Of a stretch of 64,000 bases of DNA, positions 48,103 to 56,635 are shown in pieces. The first letter of the stretch is position 1; each line of letters starts with the position of its first letter. Position numbers and translations under genes: made by a program. Origin of the DNA: Limisphaerales bacterium (GTDB lineage Bacteria > Verrucomicrobiota > Verrucomicrobiia > Limisphaerales > JAYPXF01); assembly GCA_047608975.1 (NCBI GenBank), contig JBLFYM010000003.1, positions 17,869 to 81,868 of the forward strand. The letters are read 5' to 3'. The notes beneath the pieces were generated by a model. That model was not told where the DNA came from. It saw only the letters and a program-made list of their open reading frames with translations, and ran no database searches.

Positions 48103-48243
48103 ATCGACACAATGTGGCGGCGAGCGTGAGCGAGTGGTTTTGGTTTGATGCGCCATGATTCACTCGCTCACGTTCGCCACCATAGAGAAAAGTTCTGAGA
48201 ACCATTTCTTCGAATGCGCACCGAACGCCGCTACGCTCGCGGC

Positions 48244-49239
48244 ATGTCGGATCTGTTGACCATGACCACTTACGGACTGTTCTGTCCGGCAGGAGGGTTT
48301 TACATCGATCCGACCAAGAAGGTAGATCGGGCCGTGATCACACATGGGCATGCAGATCATGCGCGAGCGGGTCACGATTCCTATCTTTGCACCGAACAAA
48401 GCGTACCGATTTTACTTTCGCGACTCGGAACCAAAATTGCGGTGACGGGGCAACCTTACGGCGAGGTTCGGGTGATCAACGGCGTCAGCGTCTCATTTCA
48501 CCCCGCCGGACATGTTCTGGGATCGGCGCAGATCCGGGTCGAACACAAGGGGGAGATCTGGGTGGTGAGCGGAGATTACAAGACCGAGAACGACGGCGTC
48601 TCCGGAGAATTCGAATCGGTGAAGTGCCACACCTTCATCACGGAATCGACCTTTGGTCTCCCCATCTATCGTTGGCCAGAGCCGACTGTGGTAATCAATC
48701 AAATCAATGACTGGTGGCGGCGCAACCAGGCCATCGGCCGGGCATCGGTGATGTGCGCCTACTCGCTGGGCAAAGCGCAAAGAATTCTCCATGCGGTGGA
48801 TACCTCGATTGGGCCGATTTATGTGCATAAGGCCGTCGCCAAAATCAACGCGGCATATGAGGCCGCCGGGGTCCGGTTTCCGGAAGTCAATTCCGAGAAG
48901 AAAGCACCTGCCCCTGAGCTCGCCAAACGGGCGCTGATCATCACGCCTTCCGCCCACGACGAAGGCGTGTGGCTCCAGGGATTCGGAGCAGCATCACGGG
49001 CCTTCGCATCCGGTTGGATGCGGGTGCGCGGCGGGCAACGAGGAGGCAAGTCACAATCAGGATTCGTGGTTTCAGATCACGTTGACTGGCCGGGCATGTT
49101 GTCGGCAATTCGGCAGAGTGAAGCGGAGCGCATCCTGGTCACCCACGGCTACGAGGCGCAAACCGTGCGCTATCTCCGGGAGCAGGGCTGGGAAGCCGAT
49201 GGTCTGGATGAACATTTCGAGCACGTGACCTCGACCTGA
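48244..49239 (+). CDS. ligase-associated DNA damage response exonuclease (MBL / beta-CASP fold)
   Basis: MSDLLTMTTYGLFCPAGGFYIDPTKKVDRAVITHGHADHARAGH is the typical N-terminus of this family. The stop lies 3 nt before the ligase-like gene. Confidence 0.85.
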   Translation: MSDLLTMTTYGLFCPAGGFYIDPTKKVDRAVITHGHADHARAGHDSYLCTEQSVPILLSRLGTKIAVTGQPYGEVRVINGVSVSFHPAGHVLGSAQIRVEHKGEIWVVSGDYKTENDGVSGEFESVKCHTFITESTFGLPIYRWPEPTVVINQINDWWRRNQAIGRASVMCAYSLGKAQRILHAVDTSIGPIYVHKAVAKINAAYEAAGVRFPEVNSEKKAPAPELAKRALIITPSAHDEGVWLQGFGAASRAFASGWMRVRGGQRGGKSQSGFVVSDHVDWPGMLSAIRQSEAERILVTHGYEAQTVRYLREQGWEADGLDEHFEHVTST

Positions 49240-49242
49240 CCC

Positions 49243-50898
49243 ATGCGACGATTCATCACATTGCTGCCCGAACTGGATGGAGCCGACGACGCGGCAAAGC
49301 TGCGCGCTCTAACCGACTACTTCCGTGATCTGCCCGACGGTGCCGGGGCGTGGGCAGTCTGGCTTTTCCTGGGCAACCGCCCCGAACGTTTGATCACGAA
49401 CGCCCAGCTGCGAGAAGGCGTGATCGCCGAAACGAAGCTGCCAGCCTGGTTGGTGGACGAAAGCTGTAAAGCCGTTGATGATCCATGCGAAACATTCGCA
49501 CTGCTCCTGGACACCGCTGGCATCAGCTCCGCGGAGGGATGCCCGTGGTCACTCGACGTATTTCTCAGGAAAACTATTCCCCGAATGTCGGGCGATGATG
49601 CCACGGCAAAGCGAAAGGAATTTGGACAAATCTGGCGGAACCTCTCACTGCCCGAATGCCATTTCTTTCACCGATTGGTCACCGGGACATTCCGCATTTC
49701 CGTGCCCCAACGATTGGTCGTGCAAGCTCTGTCGAAAAGAGCGCGCGTCCCGGACGCAGTCATTGCGTTGCGGCTTAAGAACGGCATGCAGCATGAGCCG
49801 GATTGCTTCAAGTCGCTCCTTACCAAAGCAAGCGCTGACGAAGGGACGTGTCAGCCCTATCCATTTGGAACCACGGAGGCGATCACCGCTGAAATGGATC
49901 CACCGGGATCGATCGAAGAATGGCAGATCGAATACGTATGGGATGGGCTACGCGCCCAGATCATCCGCCGCGGTGACCATACCCTGATCTGGAATCAGAA
50001 CACGGAGCTGATCACGGAGTCTTATCCCGAGCTCAGTGAAGCCGCCCACTTCCTACCCAATGGAACGGTTCTCGAAGGCACCCTCGTCGCGTTGATCAAC
50101 AACCGCCCGCAACCGATTGCCCGGGCCGGAGAAAGTGGAACGAAAAAAGATCCAACGCCAGCGACGATCGTGTTTCTCGTGTCCGATATGTTGGAACAGG
50201 ACGGCAAGGATCTTCGCGACTTCACCGTGACCAAACGCCGGGAGATCCTTTGCGACCTGCACGCAGACTGGGAGGAGCGCGCGCGCAAACATACGCGGGG
50301 AACATTCGTGCAAGGCGATCTGTTTGCTGCGCCGGCAGCGGAAGTCAATCTACCCGTCCAACTTGCAGATACACTGCAGCTGAAAGACTGGGACGAGCTG
50401 CGAAACGAAGTGGCAGACGCCCGCGGCGGGGGTGCTGAAGGGCTTTTACTGAAGCAACGTTCGGTGACATCCCGCGACGATCCCGGAACGGACAACTGCC
50501 TGCTCTGGGCCGCCCCCCCCTTGACGGTCTTAGTAGTGCTGACCGCGGCGCGGCAATTTGATGACGGATCGCCGACAGAATACGTCTTCGCAGTTTGGGA
50601 CAAGGAGGCCCTGGTTACCGTGACGAAAGCCACCACCGGATTCGTAAAGGAAGAATCAGCCGACCTGCGAAAGTTCGTAAGAGAGCATACAATTGAACGC
50701 CATGGACCGGTTCGTTTGGTCGCAGCCGATCTGGTGTTCGGACTGGAATTCGATGGCGTCCACGAATCGTCGCGTCACAAATCACGCCTCTCGCTCCGCA
50801 ACCCACGCATCGGCAGTTGGAAGAAGGACACTCCGGCCAACGAAGCCAGCACACTGGCGGATCTTAGAAACCTCATCCCAGCTTTGGCTGAGGATTGA
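49243..50898 (+). CDS. ATP-dependent DNA ligase homologue with degenerate catalytic motifs (probable pseudo-enzyme)
   Basis: There is full-length similarity to operon-type ATP-dependent ligases (EGLLLKQ, FAVWD, RHKSRLSLRNPRI). Motif I reads EYVWDGLR, with Val at 49936-49938 where the Lys should be. Confidence 0.8.
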   Translation: MRRFITLLPELDGADDAAKLRALTDYFRDLPDGAGAWAVWLFLGNRPERLITNAQLREGVIAETKLPAWLVDESCKAVDDPCETFALLLDTAGISSAEGCPWSLDVFLRKTIPRMSGDDATAKRKEFGQIWRNLSLPECHFFHRLVTGTFRISVPQRLVVQALSKRARVPDAVIALRLKNGMQHEPDCFKSLLTKASADEGTCQPYPFGTTEAITAEMDPPGSIEEWQIEYVWDGLRAQIIRRGDHTLIWNQNTELITESYPELSEAAHFLPNGTVLEGTLVALINNRPQPIARAGESGTKKDPTPATIVFLVSDMLEQDGKDLRDFTVTKRREILCDLHADWEERARKHTRGTFVQGDLFAAPAAEVNLPVQLADTLQLKDWDELRNEVADARGGGAEGLLLKQRSVTSRDDPGTDNCLLWAAPPLTVLVVLTAARQFDDGSPTEYVFAVWDKEALVTVTKATTGFVKEESADLRKFVREHTIERHGPVRLVAADLVFGLEFDGVHESSRHKSRLSLRNPRIGSWKKDTPANEASTLADLRNLIPALAED

Positions 50899-51024
50899 GT
50901 TCTATCCCTCGGAGGCAGCCGAGGTAACGAGGCTCATTTGTGGTAAGGCGTGGACTGAGATTCTCGCGAGCCAAAGAAACGGCTTGGAGGACGAAACACT
51001 TCAGGGAACGATGTCCGGCAGCTC

Positions 51025-52578
51025 ATGAAACGAATTCTCCTTCTGATCATCGCCAGCTTGCTGACCGCCAGCGCAGGTGCAGCGAAACGCCCGAACATTC
51101 TCTTCATCATCGCCGATGACGCGTCGCGCGACAGCTTTGGCGCGTATGGTAGCAGCTACGTGAAGACACCCAACTTTGACCGTATTGCCAATGAAGGCGT
51201 CATGTTCACCCAGGCCTACAACTGCAACCCGAAGTGCGCGCCAGCGCGGGCGTGCCTACTTACGGGTCGGTATTCATGGCAACTGGAAGCGGCCGGCAAT
51301 CATAACCCGTTCCTCCCGGAGAAGTGGAAGTTCTTCCCCTACCTCTTGGAGCAGAGCGGCTACTTCATGGGATTCACCGGTAAGGGTTGGGGGCCGGGCA
51401 AGTGGGCGGGACATGACGGGCAGAAGGGTAAGTTCGAGCAGGACAATCCCGCTGGACATCCGTTCCAAGACGCCAAAGCAAAGCCAACCTACAAAGGTAT
51501 CAGTTCACGCGACTACGCGGCGAACTTCGCGCAGTTCCTCAAGGTTCGCCCCCAGGACAAGCCGTTCACATTCTGGCTGGGCACCCATGAACCTCATCGC
51601 GGCTACGGCAAAGACAATTGGAAGAAGGACGGTCGCAACCTGGCGGACGTGACGGTCCCCGCCTACTACCCAGACAATGAAATAGTCCGGGGAGATCTCG
51701 CGGACTATGCAATCGAAGTGGAGTGGTATGACAAGCACATCGGGTTGGCCCTCAAACATCTCAACGATGCGGGCGAGCTGGACAACACCGTCATCATCGC
51801 GACCTCGGATCACGGCATGCCCTTTCCCCGGGTCAAGGGCCAGATCTACGACGACGGATTCCACATTCCATTTGCCGTCCGCTGGGGCGACCAGATCAAG
51901 CCGGGGCGCGTGGTGACCGATTTCATCACCTTCCCGGATCTGGCACCCACTTTGTTGGAAATCGCCGGACTGCCGAAGCATCCACAAATGACGGGGCAGA
52001 GTTTCGTGAAACAATTGATGGCGGAAACTTCCGGACGAATCGATGCGCAGCGGAGTTACACTCTGCTCGGCAAGGAACGCCATGACATCGGACGAACAGA
52101 CGGCGATCTGCTGTCCGTAGGGTACCCGGCTCGGGCACTGCGGACGGATCGTTTCCTTTACGTGCGCAACTTTAAGCCGAACCGTTGGCCGGGGGGCGAT
52201 CCGGATTACGGTCTGAAGAACTGTGACGGGTCTCCCACCAAATCCTTCCTCACCGGATTGTCCGCCGGAGACAAAGACTACCGATTCTACGAACTGGCAT
52301 TTGGAAAACGGGCCGGCGAAGAACTCTACGACATGCGCAAGGATTCGGATTGCGTGAACAATCTGGCGGCCGATCCCGCGTTCGCCAAAACGAAGAACCG
52401 GATGTGGCGACAGTTGGAACAACGGCTCAAGGCCCAGGGCGACCCGCGGGTTCTGGGCAACGGAGACATCTTCGATGCCTATCCGAACTGTCAGATCGAA
52501 AGGCAGCAGGATCTTTACGGGGATAAGAATTGGGATCCGGTGAAGATCTTCGAAAAGAAATACGGGAACGGCGGCTGA
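51025..52578 (+). CDS. secreted sulfatase (Cys-type)
   Basis: The N-terminus is MKRILLLIIASLLTASAGAAKRPNILFIIADD and the active-site motif is CAPARACLLTGR. Confidence 0.9.
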   Translation: MKRILLLIIASLLTASAGAAKRPNILFIIADDASRDSFGAYGSSYVKTPNFDRIANEGVMFTQAYNCNPKCAPARACLLTGRYSWQLEAAGNHNPFLPEKWKFFPYLLEQSGYFMGFTGKGWGPGKWAGHDGQKGKFEQDNPAGHPFQDAKAKPTYKGISSRDYAANFAQFLKVRPQDKPFTFWLGTHEPHRGYGKDNWKKDGRNLADVTVPAYYPDNEIVRGDLADYAIEVEWYDKHIGLALKHLNDAGELDNTVIIATSDHGMPFPRVKGQIYDDGFHIPFAVRWGDQIKPGRVVTDFITFPDLAPTLLEIAGLPKHPQMTGQSFVKQLMAETSGRIDAQRSYTLLGKERHDIGRTDGDLLSVGYPARALRTDRFLYVRNFKPNRWPGGDPDYGLKNCDGSPTKSFLTGLSAGDKDYRFYELAFGKRAGEELYDMRKDSDCVNNLAADPAFAKTKNRMWRQLEQRLKAQGDPRVLGNGDIFDAYPNCQIERQQDLYGDKNWDPVKIFEKKYGNGG

Positions 52579-52645
52579 TCGGCCAAGCCGGGGCGGAATC
52601 GGGTTTCATGCGCCAGCCAGCGTGAACCCCAACCAGGGAACGAAC

Positions 52646-54157
52646 TCAGTAAACCCGGCGGAGATTCGAGGGGAGAATGTTCAGCTCGCTGCGGTACTTG
52701 GCAACCGTGCGCCGGGCGATCTTGAGCCCCTTTCCAACCAGCAGCTTCACGATCGAATCGTCGGACAACGGGCTGTGCGTATTCTCTTCCTTGATCAGTT
52801 CGGCGATCATGTCCTTGATACTCGTGTTGGCGACATCGGTGCCTTCGGCGTTCTTGAATCCGGAGGTGAAGAAATACTTCATTTCGAAAACACCGTGCGG
52901 CGTTTCCATGTATTTGCCGGAGACGGCCCGACTCACGGTGGTTTCGTGAACCCCGACGACTTCGGCCACCTGCACCATCGTGAGTGGCTTCAGCTTACTG
53001 GTACCGTGCTCAAAAAACTCGTTCTGCCTTTTTAGGATTTCCGTCGCGATGTTGCAAATCGTGCTTTGACGTTGGTGCAGGCTCTTGATCAGAAACTTGC
53101 CCGCCCGAATCTTCTCACGGATGTACTCCCGATCATCGCTCGTGCTGTCACCGCTGGACATGATGTCCTTGTAGGTGTTGCTGATGCGGAGGTGCGGGAT
53201 CTGGTCGTTGTTCATCGTCACCAGCCATTCACCATCCATCTTCTGAACAAAAACCTCGGGAACGATGTACTGCTGATTCTCCGAAAGAAATGCCCGACCC
53301 GGATGCGGCTCCAGGTGACTGATTCGTTCCGCCGCCTTCTGGACGTCGATGACATCGACATCGTCCCGGCCCAGACCTGAAACAATCTCGGGAAACTTGC
53401 GCCGCGACAAACTGTCAAAATGATTGCAAATGATCGAATACTCCAACTTGTTCGTTCGTTCCGCGCGCTCCAACTGGAGTTTGAGACATTCCTGAAGATC
53501 GGCGCAGGCAACTCCGGGGGGCTGAAACGACTGGATCAGATCCACAACGGTCTGAATGCGTTCGGGCTCAATTGCGGTGGAGTAGGAAAGCTCCTTCACC
53601 GTGGTGGCCAGGTAGCCGCGCTCGTCGATGTTCCCCACGATCAGGTCGGCGATGGAACGCGCCTGATCTTCCAAATCCGCTTCACGAACCTGTTCCAGGA
53701 GAAACTCCTGCAGCGAAGTTTCCGCCACCAGAGAATCGAACATGAACTGACGCCTTTCCTCATCCTCGGGAGAGGATCGGGTAGGAGCGTTCGACTGAGA
53801 TAAATGGTCCCGCCAGTCCTGGTCCACCTGAACGAGCTTCTCGAACTCGGCCTGAAAATCATCTACCGGCTCGCTGCTTTCCTTCTCGGTCGCCGGGTCA
53901 AAAGTGAGATCTGCGGGGGGCTCGGTGGGGTCCAACGCATCAACCGCATCGCGGTCGGCCCCGGTATCCTTGTCTTCCTGCCGCGTCTCCTCAACAGACA
54001 GTTCTTCCAATACCGGATTCTGTTCAAGTTCCTGCTCAACGAGCGCCTTGAGTTCCAGATTTGGCGCTTGGAGCATCGCCAGAGATTGCTGGAGCTGGGG
54101 GGCCAGCACCATGGTCTGCACCTGCTTCTGTGAAAGATATAGACCTTGTTGCGCCAT
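52646..54157 (-). CDS. rpoN: RNA polymerase sigma-54 factor
   Basis: The start was trimmed to the ATG at 54157 (MAQQGLYLSQKQVQTMVLAPQLQQSLAMLQ). The RpoN box ARRTVAKYR lies near the C-terminus. Confidence 0.95.
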   Translation of the reverse strand: MAQQGLYLSQKQVQTMVLAPQLQQSLAMLQAPNLELKALVEQELEQNPVLEELSVEETRQEDKDTGADRDAVDALDPTEPPADLTFDPATEKESSEPVDDFQAEFEKLVQVDQDWRDHLSQSNAPTRSSPEDEERRQFMFDSLVAETSLQEFLLEQVREADLEDQARSIADLIVGNIDERGYLATTVKELSYSTAIEPERIQTVVDLIQSFQPPGVACADLQECLKLQLERAERTNKLEYSIICNHFDSLSRRKFPEIVSGLGRDDVDVIDVQKAAERISHLEPHPGRAFLSENQQYIVPEVFVQKMDGEWLVTMNNDQIPHLRISNTYKDIMSSGDSTSDDREYIREKIRAGKFLIKSLHQRQSTICNIATEILKRQNEFFEHGTSKLKPLTMVQVAEVVGVHETTVSRAVSGKYMETPHGVFEMKYFFTSGFKNAEGTDVANTSIKDMIAELIKEENTHSPLSDDSIVKLLVGKGLKIARRTVAKYRSELNILPSNLRRVY

Positions 54158-54294
54158 TGCTTTTTTTTCTGAGCGCAGTAAATGCCGCGGTGATGAAAAG
54201 CTCAAGCAGGAACTCGCGGTAAATCGGGAGGGGTCGCAACTGCCCCTCGGAATAGTGGCGGACAAGGGATCAACGCTGCGATACCGGCGATAGA

Positions 54295-54338
54295 AAACTC
54301 CAAGGTCCAAACCTCAAGCTCCAAAGAATCTCCAATCT
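54295..54338 (+). repeat. heptamer-repeat array copy C1
   Basis: The sequence reads aaactccaa ggtccaa acctcaa gctccaa agaatctccaa tct, in the rpoN/nif3 divergent spacer. Confidence 0.55.
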
Positions 54339-54365
54339 GACGCGCTTCTTCTCTGCAGGGTCTCC

Positions 54366-54432
54366 GATTGATGCTTGAAGTCTGAAGCTTATTTGCAGTT
54401 TGAGTTTTGATGCTTGAGGCTTTTTGGGAATC
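54366..54432 (-). repeat. heptamer-repeat array copy C2 (inverted relative to C1 and to copy A)
   Basis: The reverse complement of 54366-54420 is gcctcaa gcatcaa aactcaa actgcaa ataagcttcag acttcaa gcatcaa tc. It matches 39 of 48 aligned nt of copy A, with one 7-nt indel. Confidence 0.6.
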
Positions 54433-54530
54433 TCACCGACTCGCGCTCAGTGCTGCGTTCACGAGTTCTGCCCGGTGAATTCCGGAAGCTACCCATTGCA
54501 CCTTTGCCCGTCATTTGATTGCATCGATCC

Positions 54531-55292
54531 ATGGCTGCCATCTCACTGGAGAAACTTGTCCGACATTGCGACGCGCAATTGGAAACCGCCGAGATCGAAG
54601 ACTGGGCCGGCGCGGTCAATGGCTTGCAGGTTCAAAACGATGGTACGGTCTCGCACATTGCCGCCGCAGTGGATGCCAGTCTTGCCACCGTCAACATGGC
54701 TGTGGACGCGGGGGCCGATCTGCTGATCGTTCACCACGGATTGTTCTGGTCCAAAACCACCCCTTGGACGGGCAAGCGTTACGAACTGCTTCGCCTTCTG
54801 CTTGACAACAACCTTTCCCTCTACAGCTCGCATCTGCCACTGGACTGCCACCCGCGACTAGGCAACAACGCTCAACTCGCAAAAGCCCTGGGGCTGAAGA
54901 AGGCCGTTCCGTTTTTCCACGAAAAGGGACGTGACATCGGTTTGAGTTTCACCGCATCGCTGAGACGCGATGATCTCCAGCAACGTCTTGAACACGCTGT
55001 CGGGGGACGGGTCACATCGCTGCCCGGAGGCGGAAAAACGTGTTCACGTATCGGGATCGTCACCGGTGGCGCGGGGGCGGAGATTGCCAAGGTGGCAGCG
55101 GCAGGAGTCGATACATTCATTACTGGTGAAGGACCGCACTGGACGTTTGCACTGGCCGAGGATCTGGGCATCAACGTCTTCTACGCCGGTCACTACGCGA
55201 CAGAGACATTCGGGGTGAAGGCACTGTCCGCACACCTGTCAAAAAAGTTCGGAGTACCGTGGGGATTCTTGGACCATCCGACCGGACTCTGA
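54531..55292 (+). CDS. Nif3-like dinuclear metal centre protein (YbgI / GTP cyclohydrolase 1 type 2 family)
   Basis: The start is the ATG at 54531. LLIVHHGLFW and the C-terminal GHYATE are present. Confidence 0.85.
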   Translation: MAAISLEKLVRHCDAQLETAEIEDWAGAVNGLQVQNDGTVSHIAAAVDASLATVNMAVDAGADLLIVHHGLFWSKTTPWTGKRYELLRLLLDNNLSLYSSHLPLDCHPRLGNNAQLAKALGLKKAVPFFHEKGRDIGLSFTASLRRDDLQQRLEHAVGGRVTSLPGGGKTCSRIGIVTGGAGAEIAKVAAAGVDTFITGEGPHWTFALAEDLGINVFYAGHYATETFGVKALSAHLSKKFGVPWGFLDHPTGL

Positions 55293-55402
55293 TTAGCGAA
55301 CAACACTACTCTTCCGCCTTAGTTCATCCGCGAGACGTCCATCCCTCTGCACTGCGACTTCTTCCTGTGGTGTCTTGTTAGTCCACATTCTGCTACGGAG
55401 CC

Positions 55403-55423
55403 GTTCAGAATCCTGAACTTTTT
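55403..55423 (+). terminator. weak rho-independent terminator candidate downstream of the nif3-like gene
   Basis: gttcag aatc ctgaac is followed by ttttt. The stem is only 6 bp. Confidence 0.35.
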
Positions 55424-55516
55424 AAAACGTTCCACGGCTCAGGTTCGTCAAACAAACCGTTCACCCGATCGCTTGCGGAATTACCGCATTTGGCGCTTCG
55501 ACCACACCCACTCGAA

Positions 55517-56418
55517 ATGAATGCAGACGAGAGAAAGAAAGTCATCCTCGTCACCGGTGCTTCCACCGGCATCGGCCTTGCATTGTCCCGGCAGCTTGCC
55601 GAGAGCGACATCTACATCACTATTGCCACGGCTCGTCCGAGTTCACTTCCCCGTTTTGCGGAAGCCGGACTCACCGAAAGCGATACATTCCTCATCCGCC
55701 CACTCGATGTCACCTGCCCGGGTCAGTCGAATCTCTTCGATGAAATCGAGGAACGTTGGGGCGGCGTTGATATTCTGGTGAACAACGCCGGCGTTTCATA
55801 TCGCGCCGTGCAGGAACATATTGAGGAGAAGGATAAAATCGAGCAGTTCGCCGTGAACTACTTCGGCCCGATAAAACTCATTCGGCGAGCCCTTCCCCAC
55901 ATACGGGCGCAACGCTGGGGTCGGATCATCAAGGTGTCCTAGGTGGGCGGCATGCTGGCCCTGCCAACGATGTCAGTTTACAGCGCCTCGAAATTCGCGC
56001 TCGAAGGTGCTTCCGAAGGATTGTGGTATGAACTCCGGCCCTGGAACATTCACGTCAGCCTGGTGCAACCCGGCTTCATCAATTCGGATGGCTTCGAACA
56101 TGTACGACTCACCCCGCGCGGCCGGATCGCCAGTGAGCGAAACGATGCGGACTACCATGCGCACTACGAACACATGGGGACTTTGTGAGCAAATACATGC
56201 GCCGGACAAACGCCACGTCGGAATCTGTCGCCAACAAGATCTTCGATACGATTCGCGCGGACAAACCGCCGTTGCGCGTCCCGGCCACCATCGACGCACG
56301 CTTGTTCTCCCTGCTGCGTCGCGTTCTTCCCCGCCGCATTTATCACAGCTTTCTTTACCGCTGCCTGCCCAAGATCGCGAAATGGGGACGGGGCAAAAAT
56401 CAACCAGGGGGAAGTTAA
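55517..56418 (+). pseudogene. short-chain dehydrogenase/reductase (SDR) disrupted by an in-frame TAG and a frameshift
   Basis: The gene is split over three track ORFs. The first part has VILVTGASTGIG...NNAG...RIIKVS, then TAG (55940-55942), then VGGMLALPTMSVYSASK. The frame shifts near 56176-56190 (HMGTL-stop versus VSKYMRR...). Confidence 0.75.
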
Positions 56419-56635
56419 CGTAGGCCGCGGAGCGCTGAATTTATTCCATTTCGGCTGCCTATTGCCATCATGCCGTGGTGTTTTTCAGAACGCTCTGATT
56501 TGCCCAGTTGAAGCGGAATGAATTCCGCGCCCCGTTTCGGCATAGCCTCTTTTTCGAACACTCCCAAATAGTCCCGCCAAGTCGTTTCCCAACTCGCGCC
56601 AAGGCGCGAACTCCAATCGACCGCAATCAGCTTCC

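Noticed and set aside
20058-55942. Possible TAG recoding (stop-codon read-through or pyrrolysine-like), suggested by in-frame TAGs at 20058-20060 and 55940-55942 and the TAG-terminated mini-ORF at 4385.
   Set aside because: TAG is a routine terminator here. It ends about a dozen well-supported genes, including GSDH, pilC, both PQQ-propeller genes, lctP, ubiE and the Fur-family gene. The SDR also carries an independent frameshift. No pyl-type genes are present. Ordinary nonsense mutations or pseudogenes explain the data.
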